From an uncultured Planctomycetota bacterium (lineage in GTDB: Bacteria > Planctomycetota > Planctomycetia > Gemmatales > Gemmataceae): a stretch of DNA of 64,000 bases. The stretch's first letter is position 1; each line of letters starts with the position of its first letter. The stretch covers positions 224,001-288,000 of the forward strand of contig CAWKHF010000010.1 of assembly GCA_963849325.1 (NCBI GenBank), written 5' to 3'. The notes beneath the pieces are model-generated. The model saw nothing but the letters and a program-made list of their open reading frames with translations, made no database searches and had not been told where the DNA came from. The translations under genes and the position numbers were made by a program. This document shows, piece after piece, positions 19,466-29,279 of the stretch.

Positions 19466-19586
19466 CCGCTCTCACTTCCTCGTCCGTCTCGGAGAGGCCC
19501 ACCCGACCTCCACAGCGAAGGCCGGGCAAGGGCATTGTACATCGATTCCGACGGAGAGAAATGAGTGCGGTTCGATCGAAGGCGAC

Positions 19587-21191
19587 TCAGCGCGGCGGCC
19601 CGTACAGGGCAGCGGTGCCGGTCTCGTCCCGGAACGCTTGCCGCGCCCAGCGCTGTTCGAGGTCGCGGAAACTCTCGATGCCGTAGTGCCGCCGCAACGC
19701 TTCCTCGTAGCCGCGATCCAGGCCGTCGCGGACGAAGCGCGTAAACGCGGACGGCCCGCCTTTCTGCGACGACAAAAACTCCACCAGGGCGATGCTCTGC
19801 ACGTAGAACGGCGCGACCAGGCGGCGCTCGGGATAGTCCTGCATGGCCATCAACCGAGACACGGGGAACAGCTCGTGCTTGAGGCGGTAAGCGGGCAAGT
19901 TCTTGAGATAAAGATCGATCTTCTCGCGCGGCTCGCTAAGGACGGCGACGCCCTCGTCCACCCAGCGCGGCACCAGATGACGACCGAAGCGGCCCGACAG
20001 GACGGCGTGCGTCGTTTCGTGCGGCAGGACGTGCGTGAGCATGTTCTTGACGTCGCAGTGCAAGTCGATCCGCCGATCGAGCACGCGATCGCCCTCCGTT
20101 TTCAGGGTCGTGTGTCCGGGAGAGTCCGCCGCTTTGGACGTGTCGCGTGCATAGTGCTCGGCGGTGGCGTACAGAATGATGCGGCACTTGGGCTCCACGG
20201 CGCCGGCTCCTCGCCGAACCATTTGCGGGTCATGGCGGTTCGCGTCGTCTCGGCGATACGGGCCACCTGCTCGGCCAGGTCGCGCGATTGGTTGTGGATG
20301 ACACGGAAGTTGGCCGTCTCCGCCACGGCCCAGTTCTGGCCCTGTGCCGGCGTGTGACGGACTTCCAGGCGGCGCTCCTGGAGGGTGCGTAGCATGTCCT
20401 TGCCGTGCCGTTCCAGCTGCGGCGAGGCGGTCAGCGCCAGGGCCGCCAGGATCTCCTTCTCCGCGTCCGTCGGCGGCGTGCCGTCGGCCTTGTTCACCGT
20501 ATCGGTCACGGCGTACAGCTTGCAAAAGGCCCAGAAATCGCGGAAGGGTGTGGTGGCATGCGCGTCGAGATGGTTGGCTTCCTCGAAGAGTCGATTGGCG
20601 GCGGCGTAGTTCTTGCGTTCGAACTCCTGGCGGGCGCGGTCGAGCAGATCGCGGGCCGGGGGTGAGGCCGCGCTGTTGCTGTCCGCGAAGGGATCGGCGT
20701 CGTCCGGCATCTGCGGTCGAGCCGTGTAGCCCGTGGCGGACTTCGACCGCTCCGGTTCCGCGGGTTTGGAGACGGGGGCCGGTTGCGAGGCCAGGGCCGC
20801 GATCGTCGGGGGAGTGGAAGGAGCGCTGGAGGGACTGCGTTCCAGCTGGTAGCCGGGGTCGAGGATTCTGGAGACGCTCCTGATACCGCTTCGCCTCGGC
20901 GTGATTGTTGGCCTGGTGCAACTCCCGGACGTAGCCGCGATACGCCTCGCGCAAGGCGTTCATGTACTCGCGATTGCCGTCCACCCGCGCGATCTCTCGT
21001 TCGAGGCAGTAGACGGCGGCCTGGTAGTTGCCGCGTTGCAAGTTGTCGCGGCCCTGTTGCAGCGCCGTCTGCACGGCGAGCTGCATGCGCAGCCGGCCTT
21101 CGCCGTCCTCGCCGAAGGCTGGTCCGCCCGACAGCGCAAGTCCCAACAGCAGAGCGACGCCCACGCACACACGGAGTCCGTTCCGGACCAT
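19587..21191 (-). CDS. Secreted TPR + peptidase MA-like (HExxH) protein, frameshifted
   Basis: Signal peptide, TPR-like helices, AETANFRV, VLPHETTH...PRWVDEGVAV.SE and FYVQS.ALVEFL across three frames. Confidence 0.8.
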   Translation of the reverse strand: MVRNGLRVCVGVALLLGLALSGGPAFGEDGEGRLRMQLAVQTALQQGRDNLQRGNYQAAVYCLEREIARVDGNREYMNALREAYRGYVRELHQANNHAEAKRYQERLQNPRPRLPAGTQSLQRSFHSPDDRGPGLATGPRLQTRGTGAVEVRHGLHGSTADAGRRRSLRGQQQRGLTPGPRSARPRPPGVRTQELRRRQSTLRGSQPSRRACHHTLPRFLGLLQAVRRDRYGEQGRRHAADGRGEGDPGGPGADRLAAAGTARQGHATHPPGAPPGSPSHAGTGPELGRGGDGQLPCHPQPIARPGRAGGPYRRDDANRHDPQMVRRGAGAVEPKCRIILYATAEHYARDTSKAADSPGHTTLKTEGDRVLDRRIDLHCDVKNMLTHVLPHETTHAVLSGRFGRHLVPRWVDEGVAVLSEPREKIDLYLKNLPAYRLKHELFPVSRLMAMQDYPERRLVAPFYVQSIALVEFLSSQKGGPSAFTRFVRDGLDRGYEEALRRHYGIESFRDLEQRWARQAFRDETGTAALYGPPR

Positions 21192-21195
21192 GACA

Positions 21196-21400
21196 GCATC
21201 CTTGCCCGAGGTCTGGAGTCAATCGGCGCGTGAGCGCTCCCGGCGCGGATCCCTCCGCGCGGCCGGCGGTTGGCGAGGAAGACACGGGGAGCGGGTCGGT
21301 TCGAGAAGGGAAAACCAGGGGTCGCTCACACGGGCGTGCCCGGCGGCAAGGCCACGGATGCGGGTCCGTTGGCCTTCGGGCTCGCCATCCTGGCAAGCCC
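21196..21400 (-). promoter_or_regulatory. 5' leader with several GGA-loop hairpins (candidate CsrA/RsmA sites)
   Basis: Minus strand: GGGCTTGCCA-GGA-TGGCGAGCCC (21378-21400), GCGCGGA-GGGA-TCCGCGC (21243-21260) and GCAAGGATGC over the RBS (21196-21205). Confidence 0.5.
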
Positions 21401-21463
21401 CGCCGTCACGATCGGGCCTAAGCTAGTGGGAAAGGCCGAAAGATGCAAGATGAGCTTCCCCCG

Positions 21464-22387
21464 TCACTCGGCGGCGAGGGTGCGCTGGATGTACTGGCGC
21501 ACGGCGGGGACGTCCACGTGCGTCACCAGTTCGACGTTGGGCTTGGCGTTGCTGCCCCAGCGCACGTCGAAGACGCTCATGCCGCGCGTCAGTTCGCCGC
21601 GCATCTCCACGTCGGCCGCCACGGCGCGGCTGCTCAGCGCTTCGGGCAGGGTCAGCGGGATGAGGCCGAGCACGTCCTGCAGGTAGACGCCCTCGACGCC
21701 GTAAAGTCCGGCCGTGCCGGCGATGCCGTGCGGCAGGATTCGCCTCAGGAAAGCGGTGGTCCGCGACTCGGGAGCGGGCAATTGCAGCATTTCGGTCGGC
21801 GAGAACAGCAGCTTGCGCGTCACGTCCAGCGGCAGCAGCGTGATCGGAGCGCCGCAGCGCAGCACTTGCCGCGCGGCGGGCGGATCGCAGAAGAAGTGGA
21901 ACTCGGCGACCGCGCTGGCGTCGCCCGGCTCGTGCCAGGTGCCGCCGACGATGACGAGGCGTTCGACCAGCGTGGCCACCTCGGAGTCGCGGTCCAGGGC
22001 GCGAGCGAAGGTGCTGAGCGGACCCAGGAGGACGACCGCGACTTCCTTGGGATAGAGATGTACCAGATCGCTGATGAGCTTGTCGCTGGGGTGCGGATGG
22101 TGCAGCTGGACGCAGGGAAAGTCCACGCCGCCCAGGCCTCCGGGTCCGTGCAGCTTGACGGCGTCGAAGCCGTACTCCACCGGCAGGGCGGCGCCGAGGC
22201 GCGGCCAGCGCGGCGGGTCGAGCTGCTCGATGAGGATGTGGACGTTGCGCGTCGCCTGTTCCGCCGCCACGTTGCCGGCGGTGGCCGCCAGGCCGACCAG
22301 GTCCAGCTCGGGATCGCGCAGCGCCAGGGCCACGGCGAAAGCGCCGTCGATGCCGGGGTCGGCCACGATGATGATTTTGCGTGCCAT
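21464..22387 (-). CDS. Inosine/uridine-preferring nucleoside hydrolase family protein (divergent active site)
   Basis: ADPGIDG, TAGNV, HGPGGLG, LGPLST, AEFHFFCDP.AA, PLDVT, G.LTRGMSVFD. Confidence 0.88.
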   Translation of the reverse strand: MARKIIIVADPGIDGAFAVALALRDPELDLVGLAATAGNVAAEQATRNVHILIEQLDPPRWPRLGAALPVEYGFDAVKLHGPGGLGGVDFPCVQLHHPHPSDKLISDLVHLYPKEVAVVLLGPLSTFARALDRDSEVATLVERLVIVGGTWHEPGDASAVAEFHFFCDPPAARQVLRCGAPITLLPLDVTRKLLFSPTEMLQLPAPESRTTAFLRRILPHGIAGTAGLYGVEGVYLQDVLGLIPLTLPEALSSRAVAADVEMRGELTRGMSVFDVRWGSNAKPNVELVTHVDVPAVRQYIQRTLAAE

Positions 22388-22398
22388 GAGTAGGATTC

Positions 22399-23449
22399 CT
22401 ATCCTTCGATCCGTTCCCCTTGCGACGAGGGCGATGAGATGGGCGAGCACGCGGGCGGCACGGCCGTCGGCGATGGCCTCGGCGGCCCTGTCCACGCCTT
22501 CCGCCAGCGACGTCACGCGCTCGGCGGCCAGCAGCGCCGCGGCGGCGTTGGCCAGCACGACGCGCCGGGCCGGCCCTTCCTCACCGTCCAGGACGGCGCG
22601 GATCACCGCGGCGCTTTCCTCCGGCCCGGCGACGCGCAGCTCCTCGACGCGGCACGGGGCGAGGCCGAAATCCGCCGGCGTCCACTCCAGCATCCGCACG
22701 TCGCCGCCGACCACCTCGCGCACCAGCGTCGGCCCCGACAGGCTCACCTCGTCGAGTCCGTCGCGGCCGCAGACCAGCAGGGCGCGGCGCGTGCCGAGAC
22801 GGGCCAGGGCCGCGGCCAGACGGTCGAGCCATTCGGCCCGGCCCACTCCGAGAAGTTGATAGGAGGCACCCGCCGGATTGGCCAGCGGCCCCAGGCAATT
22901 GAACAGCGTCCGCACGCCCAGCCGGCGGCGCACGGCGCCGACGTGCTGCATGCGCGGATGGAAGCTCGGCGCCAGGCAGAACGCCATGCCGGCGCGCTCC
23001 AGGCAGCGCCGCGCCGCCTGCGGGTCCAGTTCCACGCGCACGCCCAGGGCCGCCAGCACGTCGGCGCTGCCGCTGCGACTGGACATGGCCCGGTTGCCGT
23101 GCTTGACCACCGGCACACCCGCCCCGGCCGCCACCAGGGCCGTGGCCGTGCTGATGTTGAACGTACACGTCCCGTCGCCGCCGGTGCCGCAGGTGTCGAG
23201 CACGTCGTCTCGGCCGGCCGCCAGCGGCACACAGTATTCGCGCAGCACCGCCGCCGCCGCCGCCAGCTCGTCGGCCGTCTCGCCCTTCATGTGCAGTGCC
23301 ACCAGCAGCGCCGCCGTCTCCACGTCGCCGCAGGCGCCGCCGAGGATGCCATGCATCAATTCGCACATGTGCATGGCACACAAGTCGCGCCGCTCCAGCA
23401 GCGCGGCCAGCGTCGTCGCAAACCACGGCGGCGGCGACGAAGGAGTCAT
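22399..23449 (-). CDS. trpD: Anthranilate phosphoribosyltransferase
   Basis: LDTCGTGGDG..TFNIST, VVKHGNR..SS.SGSADVL, RT.FNCLGPLANP, DGLDEVS. The stop is probably the TAG at 22399-22401 after a 1-bp indel. Confidence 0.95.
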
Positions 23450-23684
23450 GAGACGATCTCCAGGCAAGACAGCCCCAAGTCCGGCGAACGGGGTCTCTTC
23501 GCATGACCATACACGAAGCGGAGGCTGAACCCCAAAATTTCTCTTTTTTTGTGTACGGGCGTCTAATATACTAAGGTTCACATGAAAGCGGGCCGAGAAG
23601 GAGAAAAGCGACAGGGTAGAAAGATGGGTTGAGCCAACCCCGGACATACCTCATTCACAGGAACCTCTTGACGAGGGGGAGACC

Positions 23685-24290
23685 ATGCCGGATTTCAGCA
23701 CGTTGACGCAGCGACAGCGGGAGATTTACGACTTCATCAAGGACAAGATCGAGTCGCGCGGCTACGGCCCGACCGTGCGCGAGATCGGCGACGGCTTCCA
23801 CATCCAGTCGCCCAACGGCGTGATGTGCCACCTGAACGCGCTGGTCAAGAAGGGCCTGATCCTCCGCAAAGGCAAATCGGCGCGGGCGATCCAGCTGGTC
23901 GATCACCGGCCGCCGGGCGCGGAGCTGCCCCTCGTCGGTGCCGTCGCCGCCGGTCCGCCGACCGAGGCCGTGGCCCAGGAAGATCGCCTGAACTTCAGCG
24001 ATTTGTTCTGCGGGCCGGACCACTTCGCCCTGAAGGTGCGCGGCCAGTCGATGATCGAGGACCACATCGACGACGGCGATTACGTGGTCATCCGCAAGCA
24101 GGCCACGGCGGAGAACGGCGAGCGCGTGGTGGCCATGATCGACAACGAGGTGACGCTGAAGCGCTACCACCGCGACAAGGGGCAAGTGCGTCTGGAGCCG
24201 GCCAACGGCAAGATGCAGCCGATCCTCGTGGATCCCAATTCGCAGTCGTGCATCCTCGGCGTCCTGGTTGGCGTCCTTCGCAAGTGCTGA
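23685..24290 (+). CDS. lexA: SOS repressor LexA
   Basis: LTQRQREIYDFI..GYGPTVREIG wHTH, VAAG cleavage site, catalytic GQSM serine and VTLKR lysine. Confidence 0.97.
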   Translation: MPDFSTLTQRQREIYDFIKDKIESRGYGPTVREIGDGFHIQSPNGVMCHLNALVKKGLILRKGKSARAIQLVDHRPPGAELPLVGAVAAGPPTEAVAQEDRLNFSDLFCGPDHFALKVRGQSMIEDHIDDGDYVVIRKQATAENGERVVAMIDNEVTLKRYHRDKGQVRLEPANGKMQPILVDPNSQSCILGVLVGVLRKC

Positions 24291-24318
24291 CATGCCGTTG
24301 TCACGGCCGCTGGTGGCT

Positions 24319-24386
24319 TCGTTTAGCCGCGACGCGCAGCGGAGCGCGGAGACTCCCGCGCTCCGCTGCGCGTCGCGGCTAAACGA
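24319..24386. repeat. REP-like hairpin, CGTTTAGCCGCGACGCGCAGCGGAGCGCGG family, copy 1
   Basis: ~31-bp perfect stem between convergent lexA and the arginase-like gene. Near-identical copies at 30781 and 62590. Confidence 0.92.
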
Positions 24387-24397
24387 GGAACTGGTCC

Positions 24398-25315
24398 CTA
24401 AGCCGCAAGCGGCTGGGAACACAAGCGTTCGAGCAAGAGCAGGTTGAGTGTCTCGTTCCGCCGCGTGGCCTCGTCGGGGTCGATCGCCTGACGAGGGTGC
24501 TCGGTCCAGTGCAGCACCCGCCTCGGCAGACCGTTGAGCCGAACCGGCGACCAATCGCCCACCACGTCCATGCCCGCGAATTCACCGTTGGCCGCGTCCC
24601 GGAAGGCTTGCAGCACGTCCAGCACTTCGCGCATCGTCAGGTGGCCGCTATCCCAGTTGACCGACGCTTCCGCCGATACGAGTACGTCTTTATCCAGCGA
24701 AACGTACAGCGGCCGCGCCGCCAGCTCCGCGCGAAACGGGGCCAGCCAGTCCTCGACCGCCTCGCGCCGGGATGGTTCCTCCGAGCGCCGGCGTAAAGGC
24801 TGGTGGACGACATGCGCCCAGCCTTGGCCAGCGAAGCCGCGCCGCGCCGGCGCGACGACGATGTGGCCGGAGCGGAGCATCGGCCAGGGCGCCAGCCAGC
24901 GATAGGCGTTGTCGAAATCGACGTCGCCGCCGACGTGGAAGATCCGCCGCACCGCCGGCAGTTGGGCCGCGTGATAGAGCCACGTCCCGCAATGCAGAAA
25001 CGGTACGCCGCGCATCCAGTCGGGATGGTTGTCGAGGACGAGGAGATTGCAGGGACGGGGCAAGCGGCGCAGGAGAGCCAGGCTGACGTGATGAAAGTCG
25101 CCGGAGCCGACGAAGTTCAGGAAGGGACGGTCCTCTCTCTCCGAGCCGGTGAGCCGGGCCAGGCGGTCCTCGAAGCGCCGGAAGGAGCCGTGCCGACAGG
25201 CGATTCGCAGCGACGGACCCCAATCGTGCAGGGGAAGCACCGTCGCTCGGCTGCGCCGGACCAGTACCTCTTGCCGGACGATGCTGCCGTCCAGATCGAG
25301 AATTCGCGTTGTCAT
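24398..25315 (-). CDS. Arginase/ureohydrolase-fold protein
   Basis: GSGDFHHVS, VLDNHPDW, LHCGTW, YVSLDKDVL and NWDSG metal-binding motifs. Confidence 0.75.
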   Translation of the reverse strand: MTTRILDLDGSIVRQEVLVRRSRATVLPLHDWGPSLRIACRHGSFRRFEDRLARLTGSEREDRPFLNFVGSGDFHHVSLALLRRLPRPCNLLVLDNHPDWMRGVPFLHCGTWLYHAAQLPAVRRIFHVGGDVDFDNAYRWLAPWPMLRSGHIVVAPARRGFAGQGWAHVVHQPLRRRSEEPSRREAVEDWLAPFRAELAARPLYVSLDKDVLVSAEASVNWDSGHLTMREVLDVLQAFRDAANGEFAGMDVVGDWSPVRLNGLPRRVLHWTEHPRQAIDPDEATRRNETLNLLLLERLCSQPLAA

Positions 25316-25420
25316 CGCGCGGTTGTCCCTCCTACGAGGCGGCGAGTACACACGACGAACGCGATAAGAACAAGAACGCGGCCGAGCGGCAAGCTCAAGT
25401 TGAGTTGGGGCGAACCCGCC

Positions 25421-26692
25421 TCATCGGCTGTACCAGGCGATCAGTCGCGCCAGCTCGCCGCGGCGCGCGAGGATGCGGAAGCTCAGACGCTGCCGCCGCG
25501 TGGCCAGTACGGGGTTGAAGCCGACATGGTCGTCCACGATCGTCAGCGCCTGCATGACCGACTCGTGACGCGGACGATCGCGCAAGGCCCGCGACACCCA
25601 CATCAAGATGGGGAACGTCAGCGCCAGCGCCTCGAATCCTTCCCAGAAGGACATGCCGAAAGAGGCGGCGCCGCAGAATTGCAGGGCGCCGACCTTGAGC
25701 GTGTAGTAGCGTTCGAGGATTTCCTCGGCCTCCACCGGCAGCGGCCCGCGCGGCACTTCCAGCTCCTCAAACGTGATGGGTGGGATGTCCTGGTGCATGC
25801 GCGGCACCGGGCCGCGGCCGCGCGTGAAGCGGCAGGCGGCTCGGAACAGGGCGACGCGACCGCGACCGGGCAGACCGCGCTTGGGTCCGTGGTCCTTGCG
25901 CGTGAACAGGGCGGCGGCCTGGCGGAACAACATGCGGCCGACCCAGCCAGGCTGGGGCAGCGTCATGAGGTTGGCCGGCGTGTCCTGATCGGCCGCCGAC
26001 GCCATCACGTCAAACACGTCCCGCAGCTGCTTGCCTTCGAGACGATCCAGACGTAAAGGGCGCAGCAGCGCCGACAGCGTGAGACACTTGCGCAGCCGGC
26101 GCTCCATCGGATCGCGGCGGTTGCGCAGGAAGCCGAGCAGGAGATCGACCAGGCGGAGCAGTTCGGGCCATTCGACCTTGGGCCGGCGTTCGAGGCGCGG
26201 CGGCGGCGTCATCGAGCCGTCCGGCCGGCGCGTCAATCCCTCGCGTTCCGCCAGGCGCAGGGCGAATTCGGCCAGCGCGGCGTTGTGGGCCGCGACGGGA
26301 CGGCCCTTGTTGTGGGCGACCGAGGGACAGGCGAAGCGCAGGCCGACGCGCCACTCGTCGGCGACCGGCACGAGCACGAATGGGAACAACCGGCACGCCA
26401 GCGGTTTCGCCTCGTAGCCGAACCGTTCGTGGATGCGGCAACGACCTTTGTCGCTGAGAAAGACACAGCTATCGTCCTCGCGGTGGTTCAGCCGATAGCG
26501 GCGGTCCTTGCGCCTTCCATGTGGGATGAAAGGATCGCGGCCGCCCAGGTCGGCGTCGCGGTCCCAGCCCTGGGCCTCGATGCGCTGCCGCTCCTCGTCG
26601 GTGATCGTGACCTGGTATTCCTGGCAGCAGGTGCCGCAGACGTGACAGTCCCAGTTCTGCAGGACGGGTAAATGATGGATGGGAGACGCCAT
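25421..26692 (-). CDS. YkgJ/CxxCxxCC cysteine-cluster protein (FliB-like)
   Basis: CHVCGTCC, CVFL...GRCRIH...KPLACRLFPF, ACPS. Confidence 0.85.
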   Translation of the reverse strand: MASPIHHLPVLQNWDCHVCGTCCQEYQVTITDEERQRIEAQGWDRDADLGGRDPFIPHGRRKDRRYRLNHREDDSCVFLSDKGRCRIHERFGYEAKPLACRLFPFVLVPVADEWRVGLRFACPSVAHNKGRPVAAHNAALAEFALRLAEREGLTRRPDGSMTPPPRLERRPKVEWPELLRLVDLLLGFLRNRRDPMERRLRKCLTLSALLRPLRLDRLEGKQLRDVFDVMASAADQDTPANLMTLPQPGWVGRMLFRQAAALFTRKDHGPKRGLPGRGRVALFRAACRFTRGRGPVPRMHQDIPPITFEELEVPRGPLPVEAEEILERYYTLKVGALQFCGAASFGMSFWEGFEALALTFPILMWVSRALRDRPRHESVMQALTIVDDHVGFNPVLATRRQRLSFRILARRGELARLIAWYSR

Positions 26693-26728
26693 GACAAGCC
26701 TAGGATGATGTCGTCGAATCGTGCGGCC

Positions 26729-27954
26729 TCACCCTGCCATTCTACGCACCTCCCCGGCTTCCGTGCTACCCGGTCTGGTTCCGAGGGGCAGGGCTTCGCC
26801 TCCAGCGGCAGACCTGGAGCGGAAACCCCACAGCCCCCACACGGCCATCACCAGGGCCACGGACATCACTCCCATCAGGAACTGAGACGGCTGCCCGAAG
26901 TGATCGATTGCGAGTCCGAACAGCACCGGCCCGGAAAGACTGCCCGCGCAGTTGCACGCCAGATACCAGGCGTTGGCTCGCGCCATCCCCGACGCGGGTA
27001 CGCGATCGCCCAGCAAGGCCAGTCCCAGGGGATACAACGCCCCGCAACAACTACCCAGCACGAACAACCACACGGATAACAGAGAGGTGCCGGGCCCGCA
27101 GCGCACCGCCAGCAACGCCGACACGAGAAGCAGGTGGCAGCTCACCAGCACGGGCAGACGGCCCCAGCGATCCGCGAGCCAGGCGACCGGCACTTGACAG
27201 AGGATGACACCAGCGAACAGCCCACCCACGAGGAAGCTGACCTCTCCTTCGGTGTAGCCCAACCCGAGCAAGTAAATCGACAGGAAAGTGATGAGGCCGC
27301 CTTCCAGAAATCCCTGGATCCAGGCCGTCCCATAACTGAGTCGGTTCGCCCGCAGTGACAATGGCTCGTCACCCATCGTTTCTTCATCCCGTGCGGCTTC
27401 GGCGGGCCAGCCGTACCAGGCCATCCCTGCCGCCGTCAAGGTAACGCCTCCCCCGAGCGCGAACGCCAAATACGGGACGATAGGGTACAGGGGCAGGCCG
27501 ATCAGCGCGCCGAGCGCGACACCCAGGGCGACGCTGACGGCGTAAATCCCAAAATCGCGCGACCGCCGTTGCGGCGGGGCGTTGTGATTGACCAGCGTCT
27601 CCAGGGGGATGAGGCTGAGGGCAGTAGCGATGCCACCCGTCAGACGCAGGGCGAACCAGAGGGGGAGCGAATCGACCCAGGGGAAAAGGGCCGTGACCAC
27701 GGCATCGCCGACGATGCCAGCGACAACGCAGGCACGGCCGCCTCGCCGCATCAGCCACGGCACGGCCGGCGCGGCCAGAGCGACGCCGAGATAATAGAGA
27801 CTGGTGTTCAGTCCAATCGTACCGGCGCCGTGGCCGGCGTCGCGCAGCCAGAGCGAGGCGAGCGGAGCGCCCAGGCCGAAACTGAACGCCCAGCCTGCGC
27901 TGCACAGGCACAGCATCATCAAATTGCGCTGGGATTGCGTCACGGGGGCCATCA
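26729..27954 (-). CDS. MFS transporter
   Basis: About 12 hydrophobic segments and the WLADRWGR motif-A repeat. Start uncertain (27954 or 28018). Confidence 0.88.
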
Positions 27955-28117
27955 TCCGTTGTCTCGGGTCCGTTGGCGGGATACGGGAGCGGGCCGACTG
28001 AGGTTGAGGCGCGGTCAAACGCGGCGGAGCCGGAATTTCGCCTCCATCCCGTCTTCCCTATCGACGGCGGGTCACGGCGAATTGAGGAAAAAGGAAGAAT
28101 GGGGGCGGGGACGCGGA

Positions 28118-29143
28118 TCAAGACGGGGCACGTCCGATACCCCGGCCGCGTCGGGCCTTGATGATCGGCGGAAAGAGCTGACTGCCGAACCAACCGCCGG
28201 CCACGCTCAGGCAGAAGCAGCAGACCGCCGTAAGTACACCTGCCTGGAGCCAGCGCTGGACGTAATTCATCTCAATGCCGAGGAGGATGACGGTCGTGGC
28301 CAGACCGACGTACAGACCTTGTTTGAAGCCGTTGGCGGTGGTGGAACCGGCCAGGACGCCGCCCAGCAACAGGGCCAGCGCCTTGATCTCCAGAGTGATG
28401 AGCCGGTCCTGCATGTCGTCCGAGGTCGCCAGTGATCCGCGACTGACTTCCAGGACTTTCTCAAAGCAAATCGTGGCCGTCAGCGTGCCGATCACCGCCA
28501 GGAGGACGCCGAGGACGACGCGAAACCAGGCCACCCGGCCGGCGAGCAAGTTCGAGGGTCGTCGTTGAGGACGGCGTTTGCGCGGCGTCGTCTCCGGCCC
28601 CGGAAGCGCCACGGGGGTCACGGACGGCAGGGGTTTCCAGAACGACGAGCCGAGCCAGGCGCCGACGGCGCCGAGAACGGCCTGCAAGATGGGTTGTCCC
28701 AGGATGGCGACCGTCGTGAGCGCTTGCGTCGGACCCGGCAACAGCAGGACGGACAGGACGCCGTTCCAGGCGCCGACCATGGCGCCGAGGAACAGGGCCG
28801 GGCGTTGTCCGCTGCCTGCCAGGACGGCCCCACACAGCAGCGCGAAGAGGCGCACTCCTTGCAGCAACAGGATGCCCGAGGCCGCGGTCCCCATCTGCTG
28901 GACCGCCTCTTCCCCCTGTACCGCCATGAGGATGGCTGTGAGAAGATGGCGCAGCCCATAGAACAAACCCTGCGCCAGAAGGAGTCCGATGAGGATGCGT
29001 CCCCACGGCCTCTGTTGCCAGCGCGTCGGCGCTCCGCCACCGCCCAGTCGATGGGGGTCGTGGTAGAGCAAACGCCCCCCGCACAGCGGGCATTGCAGCC
29101 GCTGCTCATAGGTGGTGCCGCACTGGGGACATACCATCGCCAT
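28118..29143 (-). CDS. Hypothetical membrane protein with N-terminal Zn ribbon and duplicated TM unit
   Basis: MVCPQC...CPLC, then two related TM blocks (LLCGAVLAGS / LLLGGVLAGS; GAWLGSSFWKP / GGWFGSQLFPP). Confidence 0.75.
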   Translation of the reverse strand: MAMVCPQCGTTYEQRLQCPLCGGRLLYHDPHRLGGGGAPTRWQQRPWGRILIGLLLAQGLFYGLRHLLTAILMAVQGEEAVQQMGTAASGILLLQGVRLFALLCGAVLAGSGQRPALFLGAMVGAWNGVLSVLLLPGPTQALTTVAILGQPILQAVLGAVGAWLGSSFWKPLPSVTPVALPGPETTPRKRRPQRRPSNLLAGRVAWFRVVLGVLLAVIGTLTATICFEKVLEVSRGSLATSDDMQDRLITLEIKALALLLGGVLAGSTTANGFKQGLYVGLATTVILLGIEMNYVQRWLQAGVLTAVCCFCLSVAGGWFGSQLFPPIIKARRGRGIGRAPS

Positions 29144-29279
29144 GATTCCGTCACCCGCTCGACAACGCGCGATCTCCTTCGGTCCCGTACCCGCCCATCG
29201 CTCGGACGAGGACGAGGGCGACGCGGTCATGAAACTATAGGTCAGTTTTGCCCGGCCGTCCGAGGAAGCAGGTCTCCAT

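Noticed and set aside
21464-23647. Apparent 727-aa TrpD-nucleoside hydrolase fusion
   Set aside because: The linker uses rare codons (AGG GGA CGA ATA CTA). Removing one C gives ...IASSQGERIEG* with TAG at 22399-22401 and an AGGA RBS before the hydrolase ATG. Most likely an indel artefact.
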